A DNA stretch of 64,000 nucleotides from Gemmatimonadales bacterium (GCA_035259785.1 DATFVZ010000235.1:2461-66460); one strand, 5' to 3'. Shown: positions 1-10,238, numbered from the stretch's first letter. Made by a program: numbers and translations. Notes: generated from the letters alone by a model not told the origin.

Positions 1-2
1 AC

Positions 3-401
3 GAGCTCGAGTTCAAGATTCACAAGCCGGAGGCGCCGGAGGATGCCGCCTTCATCGCCGCGAATCCGAGTTTTGACGGTGTCTCTATCCGGGTCACCGG
101 TACGTACAGCCAGGCCGGTACACGCAGCAATTTCACCTTTACCTCCGAGCTGAATACCAGCCAGGAATCGTTCCTTTCGCCGCCGCTGACGGTCAGCGAT
201 GGGGAGGCGGTCAACCTGACCCTCCGGGTCGACGTCTCGACCTGGTTCCTGAACGCGGCCGGCACGGCGTTGGTAGACCCCGCCTCGGCCAACAAAGGTC
301 AACCGAACGAGAACGTGGTGCGCGATCGGATCGTGGCGTCGTTTGACGCCTTCCGCGATGACAATCATGACGGGCACGACGATGACGGGGTCCAGCATTA
401 G
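3..401 (+). CDS. 3' fragment of an ORF cut by the window edge; hypothetical, probably secreted protein with an Asp/His-rich C-terminus
   Basis: Frame 3 is open from the window edge to TAG at 399-401 (..IRVTGTYSQAGTRSNFTFTSEL..SFDAFRDDNHDGHDDDGVQH*). Codons are GC3-rich. It is absent from the ORF track only because no start lies in the window. No family recognised. Confidence 0.45.
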   Translation, partial: ELEFKIHKPEAPEDAAFIAANPSFDGVSIRVTGTYSQAGTRSNFTFTSELNTSQESFLSPPLTVSDGEAVNLTLRVDVSTWFLNAAGTALVDPASANKGQPNENVVRDRIVASFDAFRDDNHDGHDDDGVQH

Positions 402-444
402 CAGCTGACCCCCCCGTTGTCACACGAGGGCATCGGAGGCAAAT

Positions 445-1317
445 TTGCCTCCGATGCCCTCACTTGTTTGGGTAGACGGGAAGTGGCACGACCGCGGCGC
501 TGCGGTCGTTTCTGTATTCGACCATGGGCTCCTCTACGGCGACGGCGTGTTCGAAGGCATACGGTCGTATGGCGGCCGCGTGTTCCGTCTCGATGCGCAC
601 CTCGATCGCCTCTACGGATCCGCCAAGGCGATCTGGCTCGAGATTCCCATGGCGAAGGACGCCATGGGCCGGATGGTGGAGGAAGGGGTCGCGAAGAGCG
701 GGCTGAAGGACACCTACATCCGGCTGGTCGTGACGCGCGGCGTGGGGGACCTCGGCCTCGACCCGCGGAAGTGTGAGAAGCCGACCATCTTCTGCATCTT
801 CGACAAGATCCAGCTCTGGCCGCAGGACCGGTATGAGAAGGGACTGACGGCGGTGACGGCGGCGACGCCCATCCATCATCGCGAAGCGTTGTCGCCGCGC
901 GTGAAATCTCTCAATTATCTCTCGCACATTCTCGCCAAAATCGAAGGCATCGCCGCCGGCGTTGATGAAGTGATCATGCTGGACGCGGCAGGTTATGTGG
1001 CCGAGGCGAGTGGGATGAATCTGTTTGCGGTCACCAACAGCACGTTGCGCACGCCGCCGCCCTACGCCGGCATCCTGCGCGGCGTAACCCGGGACACCGT
1101 GATCGAGCTGGGACGCGAGGCCGGCTACACGATCGAAGAGCTGCCGATGAATCGCTACGATCTCTATACTGCGGACGAAGTGTTTCTCACCGGGACAGCC
1201 GCCGAGGTCGTGGCAATTTCGAAGCTTGACGGCCGTGCCATCGGTCGCGGTACGTCCGGTCCCGTCACACGCGATCTCGCCACCCGTTTCAAGGCGTACG
1301 TGAGCCGCGACGACTGA
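445..1317 (+). CDS. ilvE: Class IV (branched-chain amino acid / D-amino acid) aminotransferase
   Basis: 290 aa with fold-type IV PLP aminotransferase N-terminus (VSVFDHGLLYGDGVFEGIR..RLDAHLDRL) and full length typical of IlvE. TTG start at 445 is preceded by GGAGG at 435-439. Confidence 0.85.
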   Translation: MPPMPSLVWVDGKWHDRGAAVVSVFDHGLLYGDGVFEGIRSYGGRVFRLDAHLDRLYGSAKAIWLEIPMAKDAMGRMVEEGVAKSGLKDTYIRLVVTRGVGDLGLDPRKCEKPTIFCIFDKIQLWPQDRYEKGLTAVTAATPIHHREALSPRVKSLNYLSHILAKIEGIAAGVDEVIMLDAAGYVAEASGMNLFAVTNSTLRTPPPYAGILRGVTRDTVIELGREAGYTIEELPMNRYDLYTADEVFLTGTAAEVVAISKLDGRAIGRGTSGPVTRDLATRFKAYVSRDD

Positions 1318-1437
1318 TCGCAGTTTTCCACCCACAATTGTTGAAAGTGAGCTAACCCATTGACCGGGAATGAGCTAAGCCTCATATTGAGGGCCCTTTG
1401 CCGTCGCCGGGCCTGCCGTCCGGCGTTGAGGTGAGCC

Positions 1438-1680
1438 ATGTCATGGCGGGTGATCGCGCACGGGAATCAGGTTTGGCATGTCGACGCGGTCGCCGAGCGA
1501 CGCGCGAACACCTCTGCATGGCAGCTGGTGTTGGCGTTTCGCTCGGCATCTGAGGGCCGCCGGGTGTCGTTCTGGACCGCGTATCCGTTGGAGGCCACTT
1601 CCAAATCGTCGCTGTTCCTCCAGGCCGAGCACATTCCGGACGCGGCCTTGTCCAAAGTACTTACTGAGCGTCTCGCGTGA
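1438..1680 (+). CDS. Hypothetical small protein (80 aa), no recognised family
   Basis: ATG is preceded by GAGGTGA. Codon usage looks coding. Its stop overlaps the next start (GTGA at 1677-1680). Confidence 0.5.
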   Translation: MSWRVIAHGNQVWHVDAVAERRANTSAWQLVLAFRSASEGRRVSFWTAYPLEATSKSSLFLQAEHIPDAALSKVLTERLA

Positions 1681-2132
1681 GCACCGCACATTTGCCGGAC
1701 CCGAGTGCCGGTTCGACTGATGCGCCGCGCGCAACCGACGAGCGCCTGCGTTTTCACGAGTTCGGGTTTCAGCGGCTCGCCAACGGTCGCTGTCGCGCCA
1801 AGGTCGTTCTGACGTGGTCGGACGGCCGTCGGTTCGAAGGAAGTTCGGACGGGGTGTGCTCACAAACTGGCGAGCTGCGCTGCTGCGCGATGGCAGCTTT
1901 GCACGCATTGGAGCAGGCCGTGCAGCCGCGTCTCACGTTCGAGCTGTTTGGTGTCAAGGCGGTACGGGCATTCGATGCGACGGTCCTGATCGTCTCGTTG
2001 TCGGCCCGGGCCGAGCAAACGATCCGCCTTATCGGATCGTGTCTCACTGAAACCGATCCGCAGCGCGGCGCGGCGCTTGCGGTCTTGAACGCTACGAACC
2101 GTTTACTGGGGAATTACCTGTCAACACGATGA
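1677..2132 (+). CDS. Hypothetical protein (151 aa), no recognised family
   Basis: GTG start overlaps the upstream stop, and its own stop overlaps the next ATG (ATGA at 2129-2132). It shows two similar halves, each ending in an Ala/Leu-rich helix-like segment (CCAMAALHALEQAV and RGAALAVLNATNRLLG). Confidence 0.5.
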   Translation: MSTAHLPDPSAGSTDAPRATDERLRFHEFGFQRLANGRCRAKVVLTWSDGRRFEGSSDGVCSQTGELRCCAMAALHALEQAVQPRLTFELFGVKAVRAFDATVLIVSLSARAEQTIRLIGSCLTETDPQRGAALAVLNATNRLLGNYLSTR

Positions 2133-3679
2133 CGCGATACATCAGAGTTGTGGGACTTGTGCTACTCAGCGCCCCGGTGCTCCTGGTCGGGTGCGGGGGA
2201 GGGCGAGCACGCACCCCGTCGCCGGTACCCGTCACCGCAGCTTCTAACTCCCCTGCGAAGACCGACAGCTCCGCGGTGCAGCTCGGAACGGCGCTCGCGA
2301 CAGCTGAGCAGGACTCCGCCGCCGACCAGTCCGCGCTCGATAGCCTGCACGACCGCGCCCCCGAGACGCTGACGGCTCCGCGGACCAATCAACCGCTCGC
2401 CGGTGAGGACGTGCGTCAGGAAGCCGAACAGCTGTTCGGCACCGGGGAAACAGCGACCTTCGATATCGATGTGACGACCTTCGCCGGCCACCGCCGGGTC
2501 CTCGAGTACCTCGAATTCTTCCAGCTCGATTCGCGCGATCGATTCGCCATTTGGCTCTCGCGGCTCGGTCGTTACGAGGGCATGGTCCGCGCGCGGCTGC
2601 GTGCCCGGGGTCTGCCTGAGGATCTGGTCTATCTCTCCCTGATCGAAAGTGGCTCATCGAACACCGCCGTGAGCCGTGCTCGCGCCGTCGGAATGTGGCA
2701 GTTCATGGCAGGAACCGCCCGCGCATATGGGTTGCAGATCGATCCGTGGATCGACGAGCGGCGGGACCCGTTCAAGGCCACGGACGCCGCCGTAGCGCAT
2801 CTGGCGGACCTGGTCGAACGCCTCGGCAGCGTCTACCTCGCCGCCGCGGCGTACAACGCCGGGGCAGGGCGAATCGAGCGCGCAATCCGTCGTCTCCCGG
2901 GTGCCGAACCGGACTCTGTGGGCGACCAGACCTTCTTTGACATCGCAAGTAATCGGCGCAACCTGCGGCGTGAGACGCGGGACTACGTACCCAAGCTGAT
3001 CGCCGCCGCGCTTATCGCCAAGCAGCCTGCGCGCTATGGCTTCACAGACATTCAGCGCCTCTCACCACTGGTTTTCGACGAGGTCTCGATTCCGGATGCG
3101 ACCGGTCTTGATGTTCTGGCTCGCCTCGCCGATACGACGGTGGCGGCAATGCTGGAGTTGAACCCGCAGTTCGTCCGTGGCATCACCCCCCCTGGCCGGG
3201 GCGTCGTCGTCCGCGTACCGCGCGCGACAGGCACGCTGGTGGCCGAGCGCTATGCCGACCTGCCGATCAACGAGCGGGTAACGTTCGTAGACCATTATGT
3301 GAGTCGCGGCCAGACACTCTCCGAGATCGCGCAACGCTACCAGGTCACCCTCACGATGCTCCAGACGGCAAACCCGCATGTGCGGGCGCACGCGCTGCGC
3401 GTGGGGCAACGCATCATCGTTCCGATGAGTGGGCGCGTCGTGCCGCGCGCCGCTTGGAGCAACCCGCCGGAGCCCAAGATCCGACGCGTGTCAAACCGGT
3501 ATCCGCCTGCCGGTGCCACGGTGAGTGGCGCTACCCGTCACCGGGTAGCGGCCGGCGAGACAGCGAGCGGTATCGCCCGCCAGCACGGCGTAGGTTTGAT
3601 GGCCCTGCTGGAAGCGAACGACTTGACGATGCGGAGTGTGATCCGGCCCGGTGACGTCCTGCTCATTCCGGGCCGGTAA
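2129..3679 (+). CDS. Membrane-bound lytic murein transglycosylase (SLT domain) with C-terminal LysM repeats, lipoprotein (MltD-like)
   Basis: Lipobox LLVGC near the N-terminus. SLT catalytic region LIESGSSNTAVSRARAVGMWQFM. Three LysM-like repeats at the C-terminus (YVSRGQTLSEIAQRY.., HRVAAGETASGIARQHG..). Confidence 0.9.
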   Translation: MTRYIRVVGLVLLSAPVLLVGCGGGRARTPSPVPVTAASNSPAKTDSSAVQLGTALATAEQDSAADQSALDSLHDRAPETLTAPRTNQPLAGEDVRQEAEQLFGTGETATFDIDVTTFAGHRRVLEYLEFFQLDSRDRFAIWLSRLGRYEGMVRARLRARGLPEDLVYLSLIESGSSNTAVSRARAVGMWQFMAGTARAYGLQIDPWIDERRDPFKATDAAVAHLADLVERLGSVYLAAAAYNAGAGRIERAIRRLPGAEPDSVGDQTFFDIASNRRNLRRETRDYVPKLIAAALIAKQPARYGFTDIQRLSPLVFDEVSIPDATGLDVLARLADTTVAAMLELNPQFVRGITPPGRGVVVRVPRATGTLVAERYADLPINERVTFVDHYVSRGQTLSEIAQRYQVTLTMLQTANPHVRAHALRVGQRIIVPMSGRVVPRAAWSNPPEPKIRRVSNRYPPAGATVSGATRHRVAAGETASGIARQHGVGLMALLEANDLTMRSVIRPGDVLLIPGR

Positions 3680-3695
3680 CGGCCGGCACCCGAGG

Positions 3696-4343
3696 TTAGT
3701 GGTGCCGGAATCCCTTCATAACTTCCGTTTCATAGCCGTTCGCAGGGTTGCGACCGGCGCCCAGCAGCTGCTCCACCTTGGCTGGGCCACGGTTGTAAGC
3801 GAGTAACGCCAACTCGATGTTGGCCGGATAGCGGTCGAGTAGGTCGCGCAGGTATCGGAACCCAATCCGCAGGTTCGTGTCCCGATCGTAGAGCTGCTTC
3901 GTCGTCAGGCCCGGCTCGTAAAGCCGTGCCGTGCTCGGCAGCACCTGCGTCAGGCCGACTGCGCCGACGTGGCTGGTCGCGCGTGTGTTGAAGCCCGACT
4001 CGACCTTGACCAGACGGAACGCCAGGCCGGGGTCGATCCCCTCGCTGAGCGCTACATCATAGACGGCCGTCGCCAGATCGGCAGGCAGCCGGTAATGGGT
4101 GGAGTACTGCATGATGGCGTCCACTCGATCGAGCTGCAGCCGGGCGACCTCAAGCTCACCCTGCTTCGCGTCGAGTTGCTGACGAAGGCCCCGCAGCTCG
4201 CTGAGGAGCTCGGTGCCGGATGCCGGTGCGCGCTCGGAGTCCGTGGTCGTACTGCCGGCCCATCCGCCCACGGTACTGACGAGCAGAGCAGCCAGCACGA
4301 CCATTCCGCCGCGTAGTATCAGACGTTGAGTTCTCGTATGCAT
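3696..4343 (-). CDS. Soluble lytic transglycosylase-family protein with N-terminal membrane anchor and coiled coil
   Basis: SLT motif [24 protein letters not shown] trimmed the start to ATG at 4343 ([22 protein letters not shown]), which is preceded by GGGGAGGGG. The track start at 4412 overlaps moaC. Confidence 0.85.
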   Translation of the reverse strand: MHTRTQRLILRGGMVVLAALLVSTVGGWAGSTTTDSERAPASGTELLSELRGLRQQLDAKQGELEVARLQLDRVDAIMQYSTHYRLPADLATAVYDVALSEGIDPGLAFRLVKVESGFNTRATSHVGAVGLTQVLPSTARLYEPGLTTKQLYDRDTNLRIGFRYLRDLLDRYPANIELALLAYNRGPAKVEQLLGAGRNPANGYETEVMKGFRHH

Positions 4344-4404
4344 ACCCCTCCCCTGTCCTGCGTCCAGTCGTGAATCACCATGCACTAGCAGCTTCAAGCG
4401 CCCC

Positions 4405-4866
4405 TCAACCACTCACCGGCGCCTTTTTCTTCTCGACGAGCTTCACTTCATCAATTACCATGGCCGCGTCGACCGCTTTCACCATGTCATACACAGTCAG
4501 CAGTCCGACGGTCACAGCGGTGAGCGCTTCCATCTCGACGCCAGTGCGTCCCACGCTCCGCACGCTTGCCCGTATCCGCACCCCAGGCAGCGAATCGTCC
4601 AGACTCGCCTCGACCTCGACCAGGTCGAGTCCAAGCGGGTGGCAGAGCGGAATCAGCTCCGCCGTCCGTTTGGCCGCCAACGTTCCGGCAACTTCGCTCA
4701 CCGCCAGCACATCGCCCTTGGCGATGACTTGATCGGAGACCTGCCGAAACGCTTCCTGCGACATCCGAATCGAACCCGAAGCGACGGCCATGCGATCCAT
4801 CAGCGGCTTGTCGCCGACATCCACCATCCTGGCTCGGCCCGACTCGTCCAAGTGTGACAGTTTCAC
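4405..4866 (-). CDS. moaC: Cyclic pyranopterin monophosphate synthase MoaC
   Basis: 153 aa with typical MoaC sequence ([17 protein letters not shown].., [29 protein letters not shown]). 4-nt overlap with the holB stop. Confidence 0.93.
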   Translation of the reverse strand: MKLSHLDESGRARMVDVGDKPLMDRMAVASGSIRMSQEAFRQVSDQVIAKGDVLAVSEVAGTLAAKRTAELIPLCHPLGLDLVEVEASLDDSLPGVRIRASVRSVGRTGVEMEALTAVTVGLLTVYDMVKAVDAAMVIDEVKLVEKKKAPVSG

Positions 4867-5900
4867 AGTGCCTCAGCCAATACGGCAGCGAGGAGCTGCG
4901 GGTTGACGTTGCCCTGGGCCAAGTCTCGCGCGTCCATCACCTGCGCGATCGCCTCGACGAGCTTCTTCGTGTCTCGACCCTGCCTCGCTTCGGCTCTCAG
5001 CCGCTCCGCCAGCGAATCCAGCATGTCGGTGAAGCCTCCGCGCGCCTGAAAAGGCACCTGACCAAGCGCGTACAGCAAGGGGGCTTCGGTGAAACGCGTC
5101 GCCAGATCCAGCTTGCCGGAACGCCCACCATCGTATGCAAAGAGCTTGCCAATGCACCCATCTGCAGCTCTAACTCGTTGTGCCAGTTCATCTTCGTCTT
5201 TAACACCGAGCGATTGCTGCGCGAATACTGTCACGTCACTGTCGGCGATTCGCGCCATACGAACAAGCACAACACGAGAAAGAACCGTCGGGAGCAGGGC
5301 ATTGGGATCCGCGGCAGTGAGAATGATCACCGAGTCCGCGGGCGGCTCTTCGAGCGCCTTAAGCAGCGCATTGGCCGCGACTTCCGTCCCCAGCTGCGGA
5401 ATCAAGCGCTCCGCATCTCCCACTATGAACACTTTGCGCCTGCCGAAGGACGGCGTGAGCGCAAGTCGACTCAACAGCAGCCGTACCGCCGCGATAGGGT
5501 GACTCGCGAGGCCGGCGACGGGCGCGTACAGCGGTTCTTCACGCCTTGCAGCCATCTCCTCAGCTAGGGCCTCTGCGGCGAGATCGACCTGCTTATCGAC
5601 GTCGCCACTGCTGCTTGACCCGCCGCGCTTGCCCAGCTCTATCGGCACAAACCAATGCACGTCCGGATGTTGCAGCGACAGCACCATACGGCAGGAACGG
5701 CATTCGCCGCAGGGCTCCGTCGGGAGCCCATCCCTAGGTGCTTGGCATTGGATCAGTTGGGCCAGCCACAGCGCGAGACGCTGCTTACCGACTCCACGAG
5801 GTCCGGTTAGCAACAACGCATGAGGCAGCTTTCCGGAGGCGTGGGCGCCCGCCAGTCTGGTCTTGACCCCTTCGTGCCCCATGAGGGGCGGTAAAGGCAT
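4863..5900 (-). CDS. holB: DNA polymerase III delta-prime subunit
   Basis: AAA+ clamp-loader pattern: HALLLTGPRGVGK, zinc module CGECRSCR, and SRV motif (TVLSRV). I trimmed the start to ATG at 5900 (MPLPPLMGHEGV..), because the upstream extension has no HolB-like sequence. Confidence 0.85.
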   Translation of the reverse strand: MPLPPLMGHEGVKTRLAGAHASGKLPHALLLTGPRGVGKQRLALWLAQLIQCQAPRDGLPTEPCGECRSCRMVLSLQHPDVHWFVPIELGKRGGSSSSGDVDKQVDLAAEALAEEMAARREEPLYAPVAGLASHPIAAVRLLLSRLALTPSFGRRKVFIVGDAERLIPQLGTEVAANALLKALEEPPADSVIILTAADPNALLPTVLSRVVLVRMARIADSDVTVFAQQSLGVKDEDELAQRVRAADGCIGKLFAYDGGRSGKLDLATRFTEAPLLYALGQVPFQARGGFTDMLDSLAERLRAEARQGRDTKKLVEAIAQVMDARDLAQGNVNPQLLAAVLAEAL

Positions 5901-6179
5901 GGGGGAATGTACAGCCAAAATCGGTGTGCTGGGCCACGTTTGCGATGTAAATCTCGATAGGACAATCAGATACCGATCCACCGAGGGGCTTGCCAGGCTT
6001 AATACCAATGTGGGTCTGCAGTTACAAGATTCTGCTAGTGCATAATCACAACTGCTGCAATTGTGTTACAAATCTGCAGGCTAGGGACTTTGGTGTTTGT
6101 TCGGATTGGCGACAGTGGACCTGTTGGCTGCAGTGACCTGATGCCGACATGTGCCAACTATGTGGCAGGGTAGAGGCGG

Positions 6180-9041
6180 TCAGGCGTCCAGGACGTCGCG
6201 AACCTTTCGCGCCAACCCGTCCGGCGAGAAAGGCTTCTGCACAAACGCACTCCCCGTCGGGAGTGAGCCACGCTGCATGGCGGCTCCCCCCGGATACCCG
6301 GACATGTAAAGCACCCGCAATTCAGGGCTTCGCTCAGACAGCCGATCGGCCAGCTCACGGCCCGACAACCCCGGCATCACGACGTCGGTGAGAAGGAGGT
6401 GAATGGTGCCGCCATGGTGCTCGACGACGCGCAGGGCATCGGCGGGGCTGGTGGCGGCGAGCACCACGTACCCATGTGCCTCCAGGGCGCGCCGGCTCAA
6501 CGTGAGCACGGCCGGTTCGTCTTCGACAACCAGGATCGTTTCGGTGCCGCGCTCTGGCCGCTCCTTGGCGGCTGGCGGGGTAACCGCCTGGGCGGGTTGG
6601 ATGCGCGGCAGATAGATCTTGAACCTCGAACCGTGGCCGGGCGCCGAGTCCACGGCAATGTAGCCGTCGCTCTGCTTCACAATGCCATATACGGTGGCAA
6701 GACCGAGACCCGTGCCTTTCCCGACTTCCTTCGTCGTGAAGAACGGCTCGAAGAGATGCGCTCGTACGTGGGCCTCCATCCCCACGCCGGTGTCGGTCAC
6801 CGAGACCATGGCGTACGAGCCGGCAACGGACCCGAGGTGCGCCTGCGTGAACGCTTGGTCGAGCTCAACGTTGGCCGTCTCGATGGTCAACTTGCCGCCG
6901 TCGGCCATCGCGTCGCGCGCGTTGACGGCCAGATTCACGAGCACCTGCTCGATCTGGTTGGGATCGGCCCGAACCGGGCCGAGGTCGGGTGCGAGGACCG
7001 TGACGAGCGCGATGTGCTCGCCGATCAGCCGCCGCAGCATTCGCTCCATATCGGCGACCACGACGTTGAGATCGAGGGTCACGGGCTGCAGCATCTGTCG
7101 GCGGCTGTAGGCGAGGAGCTGGCGGGTGAGCGAGGCGGCGCGTTCGGACGCCTTGCGAATCTCTTCGACATCCTGTCGTTTCTCGTCCCCCGGCGGGAGC
7201 TCGCGCAGGAGCAGCTGGGTGTTGCCGAGAATAGCAGTGAGCAGATTGTTGAAGTCGTGCGCGATCCCGCCCGCCAGTTGCCCGACGGCTTCCATCTTTT
7301 GGGCTTGCCGGAACTGCTCCTCGAGATGTCGCTGATCGCTGATGTCGCGCTGCGTTCCCCACACCCGCACGAGGTGCCCGTCCTCCAGGAAGCCCACCAC
7401 GTTGTTGAGGAAGACGCGCGGTCGACCGTCGCGGGCGCGCTCACGCGTTTCGGAACTCGACAGTCGATAGCCGGAACGGATGAAGCTGCGAATCTGATCG
7501 CGGTTTGCCGAGTCCGTGACGTCGTGCAGATCGGCGAGGCGCGTGCCGACCATCTCCCTGGCTTCGCGGTAACCATACATGCGTGCCATGGCATCGTTGC
7601 ACTCGGCGATCCGCGCGCGGTCGTACACGAGGTTGATCTGCGCGTCCTCCGGCAACGACACCGCCACGGGGGGATCGATCTCAAGACGCGACACGCCCTC
7701 GGAGCTTTGCGCGATGAATGCGCGGTACCGCTCCTCCGATCGCTTCCGCTCGGTGACGTCCATGCCAATGCCGAGCCACTCGCCGTCGCCCAGCGGAGCG
7801 TTCGCCCAAATCGTGTCCAGGACGGTCCCCCGCCTGGTACGCGTGCGGAAGTCGGTCCAGACGCCGGTGGGCGCGCCGATCGAATTGCGGACCCGCTGTT
7901 GATCGACGGGGTCGGGATAGAGCTCTGCGAAGATGTCGCGCTGGGTCGCCTCGACCACGCTGTACCCGAGCGCACGAGACCATTCCCGATTTCCCCACTT
8001 GATCCGACCTGTCTGATCCAGCGAGACGAGCATGACAGGGATGTTATCCACGATCTGTTGCAACAGTCCGGTTTGCCCTCTCAGCGCGTCCTCGATGCGC
8101 CTCCGTTCGATCGCCATCGCCATCTGTGACGACACGAAGGTGAGGATGTCGAGCTCGCTTTGCCCGTAGCGCACGCCTTGGGAATAGGTCTGCATCACGA
8201 CGACGCCGATGCTGCGGTCTTTGACCCTCAGCGGCACGCCGAGCCAGTCGATCGACGGCGCCCCGATCAGCTCGACTTCGCTGGCTTCCACGAGCTGCCC
8301 GTAGACTTCGGGAGTGGCGAGCAGTGGACGCCCCGTCCGCAGCACGTATTCGGTAAGCCCCTTCCGTAACTTGCGCGGCCGGACGTCGCAGGTGTGATCG
8401 ATCTCATCGACGAAGTACGGGAATTCGAGCTGGTCGGTGTCGGAATTGTACAAGGACACATAGAAATTCTTGGCCGGCATCAGCTCGCCGACGATTTCAT
8501 GGATTGCGCGCAGCAGCTCGACCAGATTCTCTGCGGTGTGCGCCGTATGCGAAATACGGTACACCGCCTCTTGCACGCATTCGGCACGACGTCGCGCCGT
8601 CACGTCTCGGAAACTCCACACGCGACCGACGGAACGCTCGTTCAGTCGCAGAGGGATCGAATAGCGCTCGAGAACTCGGCCGTCTTTGAAGTTGAGAATG
8701 TCGAAGCTGTCGGACTCGGGCTCCGCGTAGCGCTCCTCGATCCCGTCGACGAAGTACTCCGGATTCCGGAGCTGATCCTGAATGTGCTGGATCAGGCGAC
8801 GGCGGCCGCTCGCGTCACCGTTCGCCGCAATCAGCGCCGACGGAAGCCTCCACATCTCCTCGAAGCGCCGGTTGTGGGACACGATGTTGCCATCGACATC
8901 GACCACGAGAATCCCATCAGCCGTCGATTCGAGGGTGGCCTGGAGGACGGAAACCGTGAGGGAGTCCGCTCCCCTACGGGGTTTGTTCGCCCTCTTCTTC
9001 GACTTAGCCGTCTTGGCCGCGGTGACCCGAGGTGTCGCCAT
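6180..9041 (-). CDS. Hybrid sensor histidine kinase (PAS-GAF-PAS-PAS-HisKA-HATPase_c-receiver)
   Basis: 953 aa. H-box [11 protein letters not shown]-boxes DTGVGM and GTGLGLATV, and a C-terminal receiver ([17 protein letters not shown]..). Multiple PAS-like repeats and a GAF-like block lie upstream. Confidence 0.92.
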   Translation of the reverse strand: MATPRVTAAKTAKSKKRANKPRRGADSLTVSVLQATLESTADGILVVDVDGNIVSHNRRFEEMWRLPSALIAANGDASGRRRLIQHIQDQLRNPEYFVDGIEERYAEPESDSFDILNFKDGRVLERYSIPLRLNERSVGRVWSFRDVTARRRAECVQEAVYRISHTAHTAENLVELLRAIHEIVGELMPAKNFYVSLYNSDTDQLEFPYFVDEIDHTCDVRPRKLRKGLTEYVLRTGRPLLATPEVYGQLVEASEVELIGAPSIDWLGVPLRVKDRSIGVVVMQTYSQGVRYGQSELDILTFVSSQMAMAIERRRIEDALRGQTGLLQQIVDNIPVMLVSLDQTGRIKWGNREWSRALGYSVVEATQRDIFAELYPDPVDQQRVRNSIGAPTGVWTDFRTRTRRGTVLDTIWANAPLGDGEWLGIGMDVTERKRSEERYRAFIAQSSEGVSRLEIDPPVAVSLPEDAQINLVYDRARIAECNDAMARMYGYREAREMVGTRLADLHDVTDSANRDQIRSFIRSGYRLSSSETRERARDGRPRVFLNNVVGFLEDGHLVRVWGTQRDISDQRHLEEQFRQAQKMEAVGQLAGGIAHDFNNLLTAILGNTQLLLRELPPGDEKRQDVEEIRKASERAASLTRQLLAYSRRQMLQPVTLDLNVVVADMERMLRRLIGEHIALVTVLAPDLGPVRADPNQIEQVLVNLAVNARDAMADGGKLTIETANVELDQAFTQAHLGSVAGSYAMVSVTDTGVGMEAHVRAHLFEPFFTTKEVGKGTGLGLATVYGIVKQSDGYIAVDSAPGHGSRFKIYLPRIQPAQAVTPPAAKERPERGTETILVVEDEPAVLTLSRRALEAHGYVVLAATSPADALRVVEHHGGTIHLLLTDVVMPGLSGRELADRLSERSPELRVLYMSGYPGGAAMQRGSLPTGSAFVQKPFSPDGLARKVRDVLDA

Positions 9042-9223
9042 GGACCCCGAATTTATGGATTCCCGGGTCTCGGGCCAAAAAGTTCTCCAACCGATTCTGC
9101 TAGCTGAGGATAGACGAGCTTGAGATCAGTGGCACTTCCCTCGGCCGGCGTCCTGAACATGCGAGTATTTCGTGTTCAAGAACTCCGAGGAGTAGACGCC
9201 GTCTCCTAAGACGACCTTCAAAA

Positions 9224-9254
9224 AAAGTGGGCTAACCCATTTGGGTGGGGAAAA
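9224..9254 (-). terminator. Candidate weak intrinsic terminator 3' of tRNA-Asn
   Basis: In minus-strand sense the sequence reads CCCACCCAAATGGGTTAGCCCACTTTTTT. This is a short TGGG/CCCA stem with a TTAG loop followed by a T6 run, directly after the tRNA 3' end. Confidence 0.35.
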
Positions 9255-9327
9255 CTCCCGAGGCAGGACTCGAACCTGCGACCCGCCGGTTAACAGCCGG
9301 CTGCTCTACCAACTGAGCTACTCGGGA
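9255..9327 (-). tRNA. tRNA-Asn (anticodon GTT)
   Basis: Hand-folded cloverleaf: acceptor TCCCGAG/CTCGGGA, D-arm GCTC..GAGC, anticodon stem GCCGG/CCGGC with loop CTGTTAA, T-arm GCAGG-TTCGAGT-CCTGC, discriminator G. No CCA is encoded. Confidence 0.9.
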
Positions 9328-9348
9328 ATGAGGCGCGAAATATAGACG

Positions 9349-10194
9349 CTAAGGAGCTTCAGCATCCAGCCCCTTCGCCTCTGCCCAGACCGCGAGCATC
9401 ATCGCGAACAGAATCATCAGCGCACCCGCGCCTTGGCTCAGAGTGAATGTTTCTCCCCAGTACAGCCATGATGTCCCCGCTGCGAACACGGGTTCAAGGC
9501 AGAGTAACAAGGACGCCCGTGCTGACGACATGTGTCGCTGTGCGCGCATCTGCCAGAGCAGTGCGGCGGCGGTCGAAATGAGGCCCGTGAAAACAAGCGC
9601 GGCAATCAAGTCGGGTGACCACGCCACCCGGACGTCCTCGAGGATAAACGTCGCGATCGCGACGCCCACGGTTGTTCCCGCGATCTGTAGCCAAACCAGA
9701 CGACGCGCATTGTACCATCTCGACAACTCGGTGACCGCGGCGATATGGCCGCCAAAGACGACCGCCGTGATCATCGTCCACAGATCACCGCGATTCAAGC
9801 CGCCGGCCTCGGGTGAAGTCAGGAAGTAGATGCCGACCCCGGCGATCGCGAGCGCCACCAGTACCATCCAACCGGTGCGATGGCGCAAGGCGACCAGCGC
9901 AACCAACGGGGCGAGCACGGACGACAGCGCCACAATGAACGCAGAGCGCGCCGGCGTTGTGTATTGCAGTCCGACAGCCTGGCAGGCAAAACCGCTGGCA
10001 AGCAAGACGGTCAGCAGCAAGCCACCGCGAATTTCGCCGCGTGACCACGAGGCGCGGAAATCGACAAACGGCGCCAATGCCAGGGTGGCAAGCGCGAAAC
10101 GGATACCGAGGAACGCCAGCGGAGTACTGGCGCTGAGGGCCTTCTTAACGATGACGAAGCTCACGCCCCAGGTGAGCGTCGCGGCGATCAACAA
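9349..10194 (-). CDS. EamA/DMT-family transporter (10-TM permease)
   Basis: Two EamA-like halves of hydrophobic helices (LTWGVSFVIVKKAL.., LWTMITAVVFGGHIAAV..). The track start at 10461 runs 222 nt into uvrA and encodes Arg/Pro junk. The first in-frame start below the uvrA stop is TTG at 10194, so the start is uncertain. Confidence 0.75.
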   Translation of the reverse strand: MLIAATLTWGVSFVIVKKALSASTPLAFLGIRFALATLALAPFVDFRASWSRGEIRGGLLLTVLLASGFACQAVGLQYTTPARSAFIVALSSVLAPLVALVALRHRTGWMVLVALAIAGVGIYFLTSPEAGGLNRGDLWTMITAVVFGGHIAAVTELSRWYNARRLVWLQIAGTTVGVAIATFILEDVRVAWSPDLIAALVFTGLISTAAALLWQMRAQRHMSSARASLLLCLEPVFAAGTSWLYWGETFTLSQGAGALMILFAMMLAVWAEAKGLDAEAP

Positions 10195-10238
10195 CCAGTC
10201 GGCCTGACGGACGGACGGTCGGACGGCCGTCGAGCCGG

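Noticed and set aside
6399-8129. A 576-aa ORF antisense to the histidine kinase. There are many other long antisense or alternate-frame ORFs, for example 11898-12878, 30825-31976, 33829-34953, 46614-47843, 48933-50063, 54100-55041, 55779-56918, 60087-61034 and 62610-63614.
   Set aside because: Each lies opposite or out of frame to a gene with clear family motifs. Their products are Arg/Pro/Gly/Ala-rich low-complexity sequence, typical of stop-codon-poor frames in high-GC DNA. None has an SD or a recognisable domain.
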